From Escherichia coli (GTDB lineage: Bacteria > Pseudomonadota > Gammaproteobacteria > Enterobacterales > Enterobacteriaceae): a DNA stretch of 64,000 nucleotides. Shown in pieces: positions 20,779-30,158 of this stretch (within the stretch, counting starts at the first letter, position 1; every line of letters begins with the position of its first letter). The notes below the pieces were generated by a model. The model saw only the letters and a program-made list of their open reading frames with translations, searched no databases and was not told the origin of the DNA. The position numbers and the translations under genes were made by a program. The stretch lies in assembly GCF_024223415.1 (NCBI RefSeq), contig NZ_CP100502.1, one strand, 5' to 3'.

Positions 20779-21312
20779 TCATCTTATGCCTTTTTTATCT
20801 TCATTTGGGACCGTGCTTTTCTTCGGAGTATCACTATTCGTTAACTGCTGTTTATCAATAAAATTCCTGATGTTATCAAGTGCTTCCTTTGTTTTTAGAA
20901 TGCGCTTGATATCCATTTCATCCCGCCCGGTCATTCTTTTTCCGGACAAAAGACGCTCAAGAAGCTCCTGTTTCGCATCAGGAGAATCTTTGGCGAGATC
21001 CATCAGGTTAAGCAAATCTTCACGATCGAGAGGAAAGAAGTATTTTACAAAATACTTGAAAAGCGAAAGAAAGTAGTATGCTGTCCATGCAATACAGAAA
21101 CCGATTCTGAGAAACTCATTGTCAACTATACAGAAATACAGGTATACAATCAGGAGAATAGGTAAAATCCATAATACTATAGCTAAAAAAATATATACGG
21201 GGATCAGGCGTCTGTATGCCCGTTCATGTTTATTCAGGATGAATAAAATCTTCTCCGCTTCTGAATCACACATAACATTCTCTTCCCATTTTTTCTGATA
21301 CGTAATGTCCAC
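20779..21312 (-). CDS. Predicted two-helix membrane protein
   Basis: 177-aa AT-rich ORF; hydrophobic stretch LIPVYIFLAIVLWILPILLIVYLYFCIV; contains one copy of a roughly 90-bp direct repeat. Confidence 0.5.
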   Translation of the reverse strand: MDITYQKKWEENVMCDSEAEKILFILNKHERAYRRLIPVYIFLAIVLWILPILLIVYLYFCIVDNEFLRIGFCIAWTAYYFLSLFKYFVKYFFPLDREDLLNLMDLAKDSPDAKQELLERLLSGKRMTGRDEMDIKRILKTKEALDNIRNFIDKQQLTNSDTPKKSTVPNEDKKGIR

Positions 21313-21328
21313 CTGTTATCAGGAGTGT

Positions 21329-21931
21329 TTATTGCCCAGAAATATTCTCCTGCTGTGCCTGCGTCCTGAGCCACTTTTGTTCTAATGTCGCCAGTCTGCG
21401 ACCGGCACTCTGTGCTTCAGAGTCTGAGACCTGCCCTTTGGGGTGACCATCCAGGCCATAACGTGGGACGCCGGCGACAGCTGTCCGCTGCAGATATACG
21501 CGGCGGGATGTGATGCAGGACACTGCACAGAGCCATTCGTCCATGGTCAGTTCTGTCTCCGGGTGTTCTGCCAGAAATGCCGAAATATCATTGCTTATGC
21601 CAATTTTCAGGGGAATAAATCCACCACCTTCAGCACGAAGATGAGGAAACAGGGCCTTTATTTTTTCCACGCACTCGTGAGTATACTCACGGGTCCAGTG
21701 GGAGGGACGTGGAAAACGGTGTCTTTTCTTTTTCTTCTTCCTGGCTGGCGCTTCGGGGATATGTGTTTCGACGGCAGATGAATTTATTCCGGCGGGGGCT
21801 GATTCTGCCGTCTGTTCAGTAAATACAGGTGCGATAATATCTGTTTTTTCGGATAAGGACGGTGGCGAAAAAGTACGACGTTTTTTCACCACAATGACGG
21901 GAGTTTTCCTTTCTTCCTGATTTTTTCCCAT
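21329..21931 (-). CDS. FinO/ProQ-domain RNA-binding protein (FopA-like)
   Basis: 200-aa ORF; basic N-terminus; C-terminal region resembling the FinO fold (KIKALFPHLRAEGGGFIPLKIGISNDISAFLAEHPE). Confidence 0.55.
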   Translation of the reverse strand: MGKNQEERKTPVIVVKKRRTFSPPSLSEKTDIIAPVFTEQTAESAPAGINSSAVETHIPEAPARKKKKKRHRFPRPSHWTREYTHECVEKIKALFPHLRAEGGGFIPLKIGISNDISAFLAEHPETELTMDEWLCAVSCITSRRVYLQRTAVAGVPRYGLDGHPKGQVSDSEAQSAGRRLATLEQKWLRTQAQQENISGQ

Positions 21932-22287
21932 AAATACCTCGGCTGGCTGGTTTTACTCTTTAATAATATCACAATCCATAAATTAGTAAATTTCCCATCA
22001 GGTGATTTTTCATGGCTAATAAGTCCATTCTCTGAATATTTATACTCGAGGTAGTTACAGTTATGGCGTGACAGTCGAATTGATATTCTACTGAACCCTG
22101 ACAGAAACATGGTTGATATATTCTATCACTTTAATGTTGTCATGATATAAATAAAAACAATTCATTTGAAAGGATATCAGAAGAAGATATCGGGGCGCAC
22201 AGTTCATCTCTGCCTTTGTTTCATGGGGGGTTCTTTGTATATTTTACTTACTGTTTAAGCATGTACATAAGGAGTGCTTTCATTATG

Positions 22288-23631
22288 CCAATGATACTTG
22301 TAAAGAAGAATCCCCGGGGCAAAGTGATTCGGGAGCTTAGCAGTGAGGAAGAGACTGCAGTAAAGACGGTCTGTGGACTGAAAAGGCCAGCAACCATGGC
22401 ACAACATAACCTGGCCAATGATCTTCTCCGGGAAATGCGTGAGTATGATGCATGGTTACAGTGTGACTGTATTCCGGGAGATTCGCCGGCCATGAATTTT
22501 GCTGCTCTTAAAAACAATACGGGTACTCTTTATCTGTCCAGTTTTAATCATGAGCATGCACCTGAATGCCCCATGTATCGTCAGTTATCCGGAAATGAAG
22601 AGGAAACATCCTTCGGAGCAAGCCGGCATCCCGTTAGCACCCGTATAAATTACAGAAACTTTTTACCACCTGATGACAGTAATTCTGTTATCAGACTGCA
22701 GGCCCGCTCTGCTTACCATAATGGTGAGCGCTCCTCCGTTCGCAAGAAACGTCCGCGCCTTGGCCGTTTACTCCTGTCGCTTATTGAAGATGCAGGGCTG
22801 AATAAACTGGATTCCCTGGCTAATCCCCGTATCCGGACTAATTATCGTGAGTGTCTTGATGCCATACGGCAGGTTACACTACAGCAGGAGTATATTCGGG
22901 GAAGAGCCTTATCTGAAATTATCCATTTCCGGCCAGGAATGTCTGAAAGGTCTCAGGAGCGGTTAATGGAAACGCTGGAGAATTCAGAACGACACTGGCC
23001 TGCCAGAAGAAAGCATATGTTCTTTCAGATTTTTATGGCGCAGCACATCTGTCGTGATGCTGTGGAAATTCACTGGGCGAACGGTAATATTCAGGTCATC
23101 AGACCTGTGCGGGGGATCAGTATTAATGGTGAAGCGCAGGGCGGAATACGTCCCCCTTACTGGGTTATTCTTGCTTTTTGCCGGAGTGCCGATGGCAGAA
23201 TCATCTGCAGTGAAGGGTATGCTCATGCTCTTTATCAACTGACATGTCCGGTGCCTGTGGACAGCAAACTGGAACGAAACACGCTCACTGCTCTTCTGAA
23301 TGTGGCCAGCTGGCTTAAAAGAAAGCCAGGTACGCCGGAATTAAGTCTGGAAAGGCCCCTGTTTGATACAGAAGTTTATGTTAATGGTGAAAAGAAATAT
23401 GTACTGCCGGATTTCATTGTCACAGCAAGGGCTCCTGACGGAAAGACGGCCAGAGTGGTCATCGAAACGATGGGATATGAAGACAGTGATTACTGCGCGA
23501 GAAAATCCAGGCAGCATACCGGCATGAAGCAGATTGGTGTTCTGCATACCGATCCACCGAAATGGCTGGATAACGATCATCCCCCTTTTAAGAAACATAT
23601 GTACGGTGTTTTTATGCATCTCAGGTACTGA
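22288..23631 (+). CDS. Hypothetical 447-aa protein, Cys/His-rich N-terminus and possible PD-(D/E)xK-like C-terminal motif
   Basis: Start MPMILVKKNPRG with SD; CDCIPG...HEHAPEC; C-terminal LPDFIV...VVIETMGYEDSDYCARK. Confidence 0.6.
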   Translation, partial: PMILVKKNPRGKVIRELSSEEETAVKTVCGLKRPATMAQHNLANDLLREMREYDAWLQCDCIPGDSPAMNFAALKNNTGTLYLSSFNHEHAPECPMYRQLSGNEEETSFGASRHPVSTRINYRNFLPPDDSNSVIRLQARSAYHNGERSSVRKKRPRLGRLLLSLIEDAGLNKLDSLANPRIRTNYRECLDAIRQVTLQQEYIRGRALSEIIHFRPGMSERSQERLMETLENSERHWPARRKHMFFQIFMAQHICRDAVEIHWANGNIQVIRPVRGISINGEAQGGIRPPYWVILAFCRSADGRIICSEGYAHALYQLTCPVPVDSKLERNTLTALLNVASWLKRKPGTPELSLERPLFDTEVYVNGEKKYVLPDFIVTARAPDGKTARVVIETMGYEDSDYCARKSRQHTGMKQIGVLHTDPPKWLDNDHPPFKKHMYGVFMHLRY

Positions 23632-23807
23632 GATATTTTGTGGCTCAGTTCTGTAACTTTTCCCGTAACATTGTCTGTTGTTACGGGAAAGTCCGGTTTT
23701 TGTATTGCACCAGAGAATACCCAGACTGTGATGCTGCCACAGTGTCAGCAGGCTTTCTGAACGGTATAACACCACTTCATGTTAATGATAATTACTATCA
23801 TTAAATC

Positions 23808-23868
23808 TTGACATGCCATTTTCTCCTTAATAAATTAGTACTGTATATGTATCCATATACGTAAGCAG
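23808..23868 (+). promoter_or_regulatory. Colicin promoter (-35 TTGACA) with overlapping LexA/SOS operator
   Basis: TTGACA at 23808-23813; TACTGTATATGTATCCATATACGTAAGCAGT at 23838-23868. Confidence 0.6.
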
Positions 23869-23909
23869 TTAATTCATTTGTTTTCCTCAGAGGATGAAGG
23901 AGATACCGA

Positions 23910-25790
23910 ATGTCTGACCCTGTACGTATTACAAATCCCGGTGCAGAATCGCTGGGATATGATTCAGATGGCCATGAAATTATGGCCGTTGATATTTATG
24001 TAAACCCTCCACGTGTCGATGTCTTTCATGGTACCCCGCCTGCATGGAGTTCCTTCGGGAACAAAACCATCTGGGGTGGAAACGAGTGGGTCGATGATTC
24101 CCCAACCCGAAGTGATATCGAAAAAAGGGACAAGGAAATCACAGCGTACAAAAACACGCTCAGCGCGCAGCAGAAAGAGAATGAGAATAAGCGTACTGAA
24201 GCTGGAAAACGCCTTTCTGCGGCAATTGCTGCAAGGGAAAAAGATGAAAACACACTGAAAACACTCCGTGCCGGAAACGCAGATGCCGCTGATATTACAC
24301 GACAGGAGTTCAGACTCCTGCAGGCAGAGCTGAGAGAATACGGATTCCGTACTGAAATCGCCGGATATGATGCCCTCCGGCTGCATACAGAGAGCCGGAT
24401 GCTGTTTGCTGATGCTGATTCTCTTCGTATATCTCCCCGCGAGGCCAGGTCGTTAATCGAACAGGCTGAAAAACGGCAGAAGGATGCGCAGAACGCAGAC
24501 AAGAAGGCCGCTGATATGCTTGCTGAATACGAGCGCAGAAAAGGTATTCTGGACACGCGGTTGTCAGAGCTGGAAAAAAATGGCGGGGCAGCCCTTGCCG
24601 TTCTTGATGCACAACAGGCCCGTCTGCTCGGGCAGCAGACACGGAATGACAGGGCCATTTCAGAGGCCCGGAATAAACTCAGTTCGGTGACGGAATCGCT
24701 TAAGACGGCCCGTAATGCATTAACCAGAGCTGAACAACAGCTGACGCAACAGAAAAACACGCCTGACGGCAAAACGATAGTTTCCCCTGAAAAATTCCCG
24801 GGGCGTTCATCAACAAATCATTCTATTGTTGTGAGTGGTGATCCGAGGTTTGCCGGTACGATAAAAATCACAACCAGCGCGGTCATCGATAACCGTGCAA
24901 ACCTGAATTATCTTCTGACCCATTCCGGTCTGGACTATAAACGCAATATTCTGAATGACCGGAATCCGGTGGTGACAGAGGATGTGGAAGGTGACAAGAA
25001 AATTTATAATGCTGAAGTTGCTGAATGGGATAAGTTACGGCAACGATTGCTTGATGCCAGAAATAAAATCACCTCTGCTGAATCTGCGATAAATTCGGCG
25101 AGAAATAACGTCAGTGCCAGAACAAATGAACAAAAGCATGCAAATGACGCTCTTAATGCCCTGTTGAAGGAAAAAGAGAATATCCGTAGCCAGCTTGCTG
25201 ACATCAATCAGAAAATAGCTGAAGAGAAAAGAAAAAGGGATGAAATAAATATGGTAAAGGATGCCATAAAACTCACCTCTGATTTCTACAGAACGATATA
25301 TGATGAGTTCGGTAAACAAGCATCCGAACTTGCTAAGGAGCTGGCTTCTGTATCTCAAGGGAAACAGATTAAGAGTGTGGATGATGCACTGAACGCTTTT
25401 GATAAATTCCGTAATAATCTGAACAAGAAATATAACATACAAGATCGCATGGCCATTTCTAAAGCCCTGGAAGCTATTAATCAGGTCCATATGGCGGAGA
25501 ATTTTAAGCTGTTCAGTAAGGCATTTGGTTTTACCGGAAAAGTTATTGATCGTTATGATGTTGCTGTGGAGTTACAAAAGGCTGTAAAAACGGACAACTG
25601 GCGTCCATTTTTTGTAAAACTTGAATCACTGGCAGCAGGAAGAGCTGCTTCAGCAGTTACAGCATGGGCGTTTTCCGTCATGCTGGGAACCCCTGTAGGT
25701 ATTCTGGGTTTTGCAATTATTATGGCGGCTGTGAGTGCGCTTGTTAATGATAAGTTTATTGAGCAGGTCAATAAACTTATTGGTATCTGA
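23910..25790 (+). CDS. cib: Pore-forming colicin of the Ia/Ib group (immunity partner favours Ib)
   Basis: 626-aa ORF MSDPVRITNPGAESLGYDSDGHEIMAVDIYVNPPRVDVFHG...; hydrophobic channel domain at C-terminus. Confidence 0.9.
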   Translation: MSDPVRITNPGAESLGYDSDGHEIMAVDIYVNPPRVDVFHGTPPAWSSFGNKTIWGGNEWVDDSPTRSDIEKRDKEITAYKNTLSAQQKENENKRTEAGKRLSAAIAAREKDENTLKTLRAGNADAADITRQEFRLLQAELREYGFRTEIAGYDALRLHTESRMLFADADSLRISPREARSLIEQAEKRQKDAQNADKKAADMLAEYERRKGILDTRLSELEKNGGAALAVLDAQQARLLGQQTRNDRAISEARNKLSSVTESLKTARNALTRAEQQLTQQKNTPDGKTIVSPEKFPGRSSTNHSIVVSGDPRFAGTIKITTSAVIDNRANLNYLLTHSGLDYKRNILNDRNPVVTEDVEGDKKIYNAEVAEWDKLRQRLLDARNKITSAESAINSARNNVSARTNEQKHANDALNALLKEKENIRSQLADINQKIAEEKRKRDEINMVKDAIKLTSDFYRTIYDEFGKQASELAKELASVSQGKQIKSVDDALNAFDKFRNNLNKKYNIQDRMAISKALEAINQVHMAENFKLFSKAFGFTGKVIDRYDVAVELQKAVKTDNWRPFFVKLESLAAGRAASAVTAWAFSVMLGTPVGILGFAIIMAAVSALVNDKFIEQVNKLIGI

Positions 25791-25807
25791 CACATAATGA
25801 TGCCCTT

Positions 25808-26155
25808 TCATTTTCCTGAAAGGGCTTTGCAGAGTATAAAAATTAAGTAAATGGCAACCACAGGAACTGATATAACGAAACAGAATAATTCAAATATTGC
25901 AGTTAAGCTTCCGCCAACTGGATTTGTAAAGAAGTCTTTTTGCCAGAATTCTTTCCCTGTAAACCTTATTACCATTTTCTGTATTATCCTCATTGAAAAA
26001 GGAAAAGTAATGGCACTGATAATGCATCCGATGAACGCATAAAACATTCTTGCATTTTCCTGGTTATCTTTCCATCCCAGATAAAAAACTGTAAGAATAA
26101 TGAGGATTGGTATCAGGCTTTTCAGTAAATACTTTACAGATATATCCAGTTTCAT
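25808..26155 (-). CDS. imm: Colicin Ib-type immunity protein (inner membrane)
   Basis: 115-aa hydrophobic ORF convergent with the colicin gene. Confidence 0.8.
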   Translation of the reverse strand: MKLDISVKYLLKSLIPILIILTVFYLGWKDNQENARMFYAFIGCIISAITFPFSMRIIQKMVIRFTGKEFWQKDFFTNPVGGSLTAIFELFCFVISVPVVAIYLIFILCKALSGK

Positions 26156-26273
26156 CTGGTTTCTCCTTTATTGTTATCGTGTACCGGTGCGTGATAACAT
26201 AATCACAGCATGATAATAATAATCAATAACAATAAGCTGTGTCACGTTTACATCATGGAACGGAGGTGCTCCT

Positions 26274-26594
26274 GTGACCTTTGAGCAGAAAAAAGCTCGG
26301 GCCATTGCCCTGATGGACAGCAAAAAGATGTGGCGGAGCAATTATGCCCCTCCTCTTCTGCGTATTCTCTGGCGGCTGGGTATCCGGCTTCCGCCATTAC
26401 CCTTTATGCCGTTCTGGCAGGTCACGGTGCTGACGGGGGGCTTATGGGGCATTTCCTGGGGATGTGCAATGTGGTTTATCTACTGGGGGCCGTCAGGAAT
26501 GGTGGCAGGTGAGGCCATTATTATAAGTATCACGGGGGGGGGTTTTGTCCGGACTGTGCATGGCCTCTTTCCACTGGTGGCGCAGGAAAGTTAA
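26274..26594 (+). CDS. Small predicted membrane protein
   Basis: 106-aa ORF with two Trp-rich hydrophobic segments. Confidence 0.45.
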   Translation: MTFEQKKARAIALMDSKKMWRSNYAPPLLRILWRLGIRLPPLPFMPFWQVTVLTGGLWGISWGCAMWFIYWGPSGMVAGEAIIISITGGGFVRTVHGLFPLVAQES

Positions 26595-26641
26595 CCGGCT
26601 GCCACCATGGGATGATGTGTAAACCGTGCACAGGCGTGTTC

Positions 26642-27232
26642 TTACGGAGCGGCACTTTCATTTATCTGTACGCGAACCTCCATTCCTGCATCGTGACAGG
26701 CCTGCAGCCACTGCGCCACTTCCAGCGGATCGCCCTCCCGGCGTACCACCCTGCCTTCTTTATTCCATAACTGCAGACAGGTGCTGCCGTCTAGACGCAC
26801 CACAAAATCCCCACGGCAGGCCTGATACGTTATGCCGTTCAGTTGCACCGCCAGATCAGTGGCAGAAGTGCCATCTGCGGGCAGACCTGCTGCCGGGACC
26901 AGCGGCAGTACGACGACTTCTGCCGCACGCTGTTCTGCCCGGAGGCGGTCCTGTTCTGCCAGCAGCAGAGGCTGTGCCACGGCCCGGCCGGCGTCCGTCA
27001 GCTCTACTGCCAGCTGCAGGTTCGGAGCGCGCAGGGTACGCAGCCAGCCGGCATCCTCCAGACGACGGCAGGAGGCGCGCAGGTTTGGCCCGTAGACCGG
27101 GGCTTCCCCGCTTCGCTCCAGCACCCGTTCTATGTCCCGCGTCAGCACGGGTCCTGGCCGTTTTTCATCAAGGGCAGCCAGCACAATCAGCACTCTCCGC
27201 TGCAGTGGCGACGGTCGGCGGCTCTGGGTCAT
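26642..27232 (-). CDS. Hypothetical protein with winged-helix-like N-terminus; markedly GC-rich gene
   Basis: 196-aa ORF; noticeably more GC-rich than flanking DNA; start overlaps stop of upstream ORF. Confidence 0.55.
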   Translation of the reverse strand: MTQSRRPSPLQRRVLIVLAALDEKRPGPVLTRDIERVLERSGEAPVYGPNLRASCRRLEDAGWLRTLRAPNLQLAVELTDAGRAVAQPLLLAEQDRLRAEQRAAEVVVLPLVPAAGLPADGTSATDLAVQLNGITYQACRGDFVVRLDGSTCLQLWNKEGRVVRREGDPLEVAQWLQACHDAGMEVRVQINESAAP

Positions 27233-27489
27233 TACCTGTCATCCTCCGGCCAGATGAGGTTTCTGAGGCGCTGAAAGTCGGCGTCAATGAGCTCCTGTCT
27301 CTTTATGGCATTCATTGAGGCATAGCCATTTATGGCCAGTTCATGCCAGAAGATCAGCACGGCTCCGGCTTTGGCTGACTCGCAGAGATAAATCGCGCCC
27401 TGGCTGTCCAGATTGCATTCCCGGATGCGTCGTTCCGCAAACCGGGTCAGTTGTTCATAGCTGAGTGAAAACGTCATTTCCTGATCCAT
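27232..27489 (-). CDS. Hypothetical small protein, first gene of a two-gene operon
   Basis: 85-aa ORF translationally coupled to the downstream gene. Confidence 0.5.
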   Translation of the reverse strand: MDQEMTFSLSYEQLTRFAERRIRECNLDSQGAIYLCESAKAGAVLIFWHELAINGYASMNAIKRQELIDADFQRLRNLIWPEDDR

Positions 27490-27839
27490 CCTGCACGCTC
27501 CATCTGATAATATTCTGACAGGTAATAATCATATCCTGAATGATTTGTGTGCTCCTGATTTCTGATAATATCAGATATGGTTTTATCATCAATGATGAAA
27601 ATCATATCTGATATGATTTTATGTGTATTTTTTATTATCATATCATTTGCGTCTTTTCTGCCGCGCAGATCCGGTTTCCGGCGGTTCCGGAGATTTAAAT
27701 TCCATCGGTACTGACAGGGCGTTAAACACAGGTATTATCGAACGGTTCTGTTTTCTAATGCTAAGCTTCAAACCAGCTGCCCATGCCGTCAATACAGATG
27801 CACCGATGCGCTTGCGTGGCTTTTCAGGGAGATAAAGTT

Positions 27840-28841
27840 ATGGCCGATCCATTCAATCTGCAGACCGATGTGGTCAGGCAGCATACGGTTCCCCGTTTTT
27901 TACTGAAGCATTTCAGTACGCCGGGAAAGGGTAAGCGGCAGCGCTTATACGCCTTTGACAAGGCTGCCGGGCGCGCCTATGCCACCACGCCGGATGACGC
28001 GACCGTCCGCAACACGTTCTACAACCTCGATAATCACCCGGACCGTCTGAGTCTTGAACCACTGCTGGGGATTTACGAGCACCACGCGGCACCGGTAATT
28101 GCAGCCCTGCTGGCGCACAGGGATATTCGCAGGCTGACAGATGATGAACGCTACAGGCTGGCCGTGTTTGTTGCCGTGCAGCGCGCACGAACCTTCGGTG
28201 AACTGGAGCGTATCTCAGGCATGATTTCGGTGCTTACCGATAAGATGGAGGCCATCGGCTCGACTAAAGAGCAGGCCATGGAAACCCTGGGCCTGTCGTC
28301 CGGGGGCGATACCAAGGATATTTTTCTGCGGCAGCTCGTCCAGCAGGTGTCACATATTGATCTCCTGCTGAAAAAGGACTGGTACCTTCTGGAAACCAGG
28401 CCAGAACGTCCGTTTTACGTATCAGACAATCCCGTAGTGCTTAAGAACAGCAATGACTTCGGTCCGTACGGTAATCTTGGTCTGGCCGTTCGCGGGATAC
28501 AGATTTACCTCCCCCTGTCATCGACGCTGATGCTGGCCATGTATTGCCCCTCCATCCGTGAACAGATGGTTCGTCAAAAGCAGCATCTTCAACATCTGCT
28601 CGCCAGGGCGCCGCATCTTATCCCCCGTCACATTCGGCCTTTTGAAAGACTGGAACATATCCGGAGGTATACGGACTATCTTCTTATGCCGCTTACCCCG
28701 GAGCATGTCACGCATTACAATTCCCTGCAGGTGGAGTTCGCGGAGCAGTACGTGTTCTGCGGTGAAAAGGATTTCTCTCTGGTTGAGAGAATGCTGGCCG
28801 ATAGTGAACGCTACCGGACTGGCCCGCGGTTTACGTTTTAG
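27840..28841 (+). CDS. DUF4238-family protein, candidate single-gene anti-phage defence
   Basis: N-terminal HTVPRFLLKHF matching the DUF4238 signature; 333 aa from MADPFNLQT with SD GGGAG. Confidence 0.65.
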   Translation: MADPFNLQTDVVRQHTVPRFLLKHFSTPGKGKRQRLYAFDKAAGRAYATTPDDATVRNTFYNLDNHPDRLSLEPLLGIYEHHAAPVIAALLAHRDIRRLTDDERYRLAVFVAVQRARTFGELERISGMISVLTDKMEAIGSTKEQAMETLGLSSGGDTKDIFLRQLVQQVSHIDLLLKKDWYLLETRPERPFYVSDNPVVLKNSNDFGPYGNLGLAVRGIQIYLPLSSTLMLAMYCPSIREQMVRQKQHLQHLLARAPHLIPRHIRPFERLEHIRRYTDYLLMPLTPEHVTHYNSLQVEFAEQYVFCGEKDFSLVERMLADSERYRTGPRFTF

Positions 28842-29016
28842 TCCGAATTCCGGCCTCACCTGTGCCGGAAAATGACGGCGGGAGCCCCTGTTGTACAGAG
28901 GAGTTTTGCCGTGTTGCACCCACGCGAAAGCGGCAGTGGTCACAGGGACCACCGCCGTAAGGAGATGGTGAGTATCTGTTGACATTCACCATCAGTTCGT
29001 GTAGCGTTGCGGCTAC

Positions 29017-29361
29017 TTACTTTAGCAGAGTAAATCTTCGGCAAGTGGCGGTAACCACTTTACCGATACCCCAGAGTAGTCCGCGCTTTACTGGCGTGAC
29101 CCATAGTGCCGAAACCGCAAATTTCGACACTATAAAGGCCTTCAGCCAGGGCACTACAAACCAGACCACCGCAGCACAGAGACCCACATAGGCCATAAGA
29201 AGCAAAATACAGAGACAGGCGCTCCAGTATTGCTTCTGGCAAATATGGTCCCTGGTTCCGATAACCAGGCGTTTAACGGTGGAGAAAATCGTCCAAATAA
29301 AATGGATTTCAGTCTGGAATGGGAATAGAACCGTTCCCTCGGTGTCTAACAAGTTTTTCAT
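29017..29361 (-). CDS. Predicted small membrane protein
   Basis: 114-aa ORF with SD GGGAGG 7 nt upstream; two hydrophobic helices. Confidence 0.4.
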   Translation of the reverse strand: MKNLLDTEGTVLFPFQTEIHFIWTIFSTVKRLVIGTRDHICQKQYWSACLCILLLMAYVGLCAAVVWFVVPWLKAFIVSKFAVSALWVTPVKRGLLWGIGKVVTATCRRFTLLK

Positions 29362-29859
29362 AGAACCCTCCCGGGTAAGTATTTACAAAAGTAACTGTCT
29401 TGATTTTGGTCATCTCAATAACCTCGTTTTTAAGTCAAAAGGCACCCGGCGCCTCACACACGTGAACGCTGTTAATGCCGTACAGAATGTTTTATCTTTC
29501 AGCTCTGTTATGATGTGTTCATTCGCATCCTCCTGTTTGTCATACCGATTTTAAGCTCGTTCCGGGGGCTCCCCGGAAAAAAATCCAAAAAAATCCGGGC
29601 CGGAATGGTGATAACCAGTCTGGCGGGAAATAAACGGATCTTGTTGGGGTGGAGCGGGACGGAACAATACTATGAGAGTAATGTTAACAGAAATCACCGC
29701 CTTTGTCAAGGCGCACTTATCCATTAAAGCAACTATAGCATAGTAATACTGATGTCAATTTAGCAAAAAGTGCTATCCGTCGTTCTGCTGTATGTCTATT
29801 TTCCTTCACCTCCGGGCAACCTGGCGAATACATTTTTACTTTTTTTGCCCCCTGCCCCC

Positions 29860-30114
29860 TCAGAGTACCGAGACGAAGAGATGTGTGGCCACGCCCTGCC
29901 GGCGTCCGGTAAACGGCCCCTGCGCCGTACCCGCTGACAGCCGGCATTTTCGCCCGGAACGGGTGAAGGCTGACTTGAGCGATTTGGAGGCCTCCCGCAG
30001 CGCATCCTCAAGACCGGTGTTCAGACAGAGCCTCACCACCGCCCCTGAAGGGAGACGGGCAATCTCCGCGAAACTCTCTCCGCCGGTAACATAGCGGCTC
30101 TGTCGTCCTTTCAT
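29860..30114 (-). CDS. Small GC-rich ORF downstream of the 308-aa gene
   Basis: 84-aa ORF with SD AGGAGG. Confidence 0.35.
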   Translation of the reverse strand: MKGRQSRYVTGGESFAEIARLPSGAVVRLCLNTGLEDALREASKSLKSAFTRSGRKCRLSAGTAQGPFTGRRQGVATHLFVSVL

Positions 30115-30158
30115 TGTATCCTCCTGATGATGCAGTTGTGCCCGCAGATCCGGGTCCG

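Noticed and set aside
28518-28985. 155-aa ORF antisense to the 3' end of the DUF4238 gene
   Set aside because: Overlaps a better-supported gene on the opposite strand, with no ribosome-binding site and low-complexity composition
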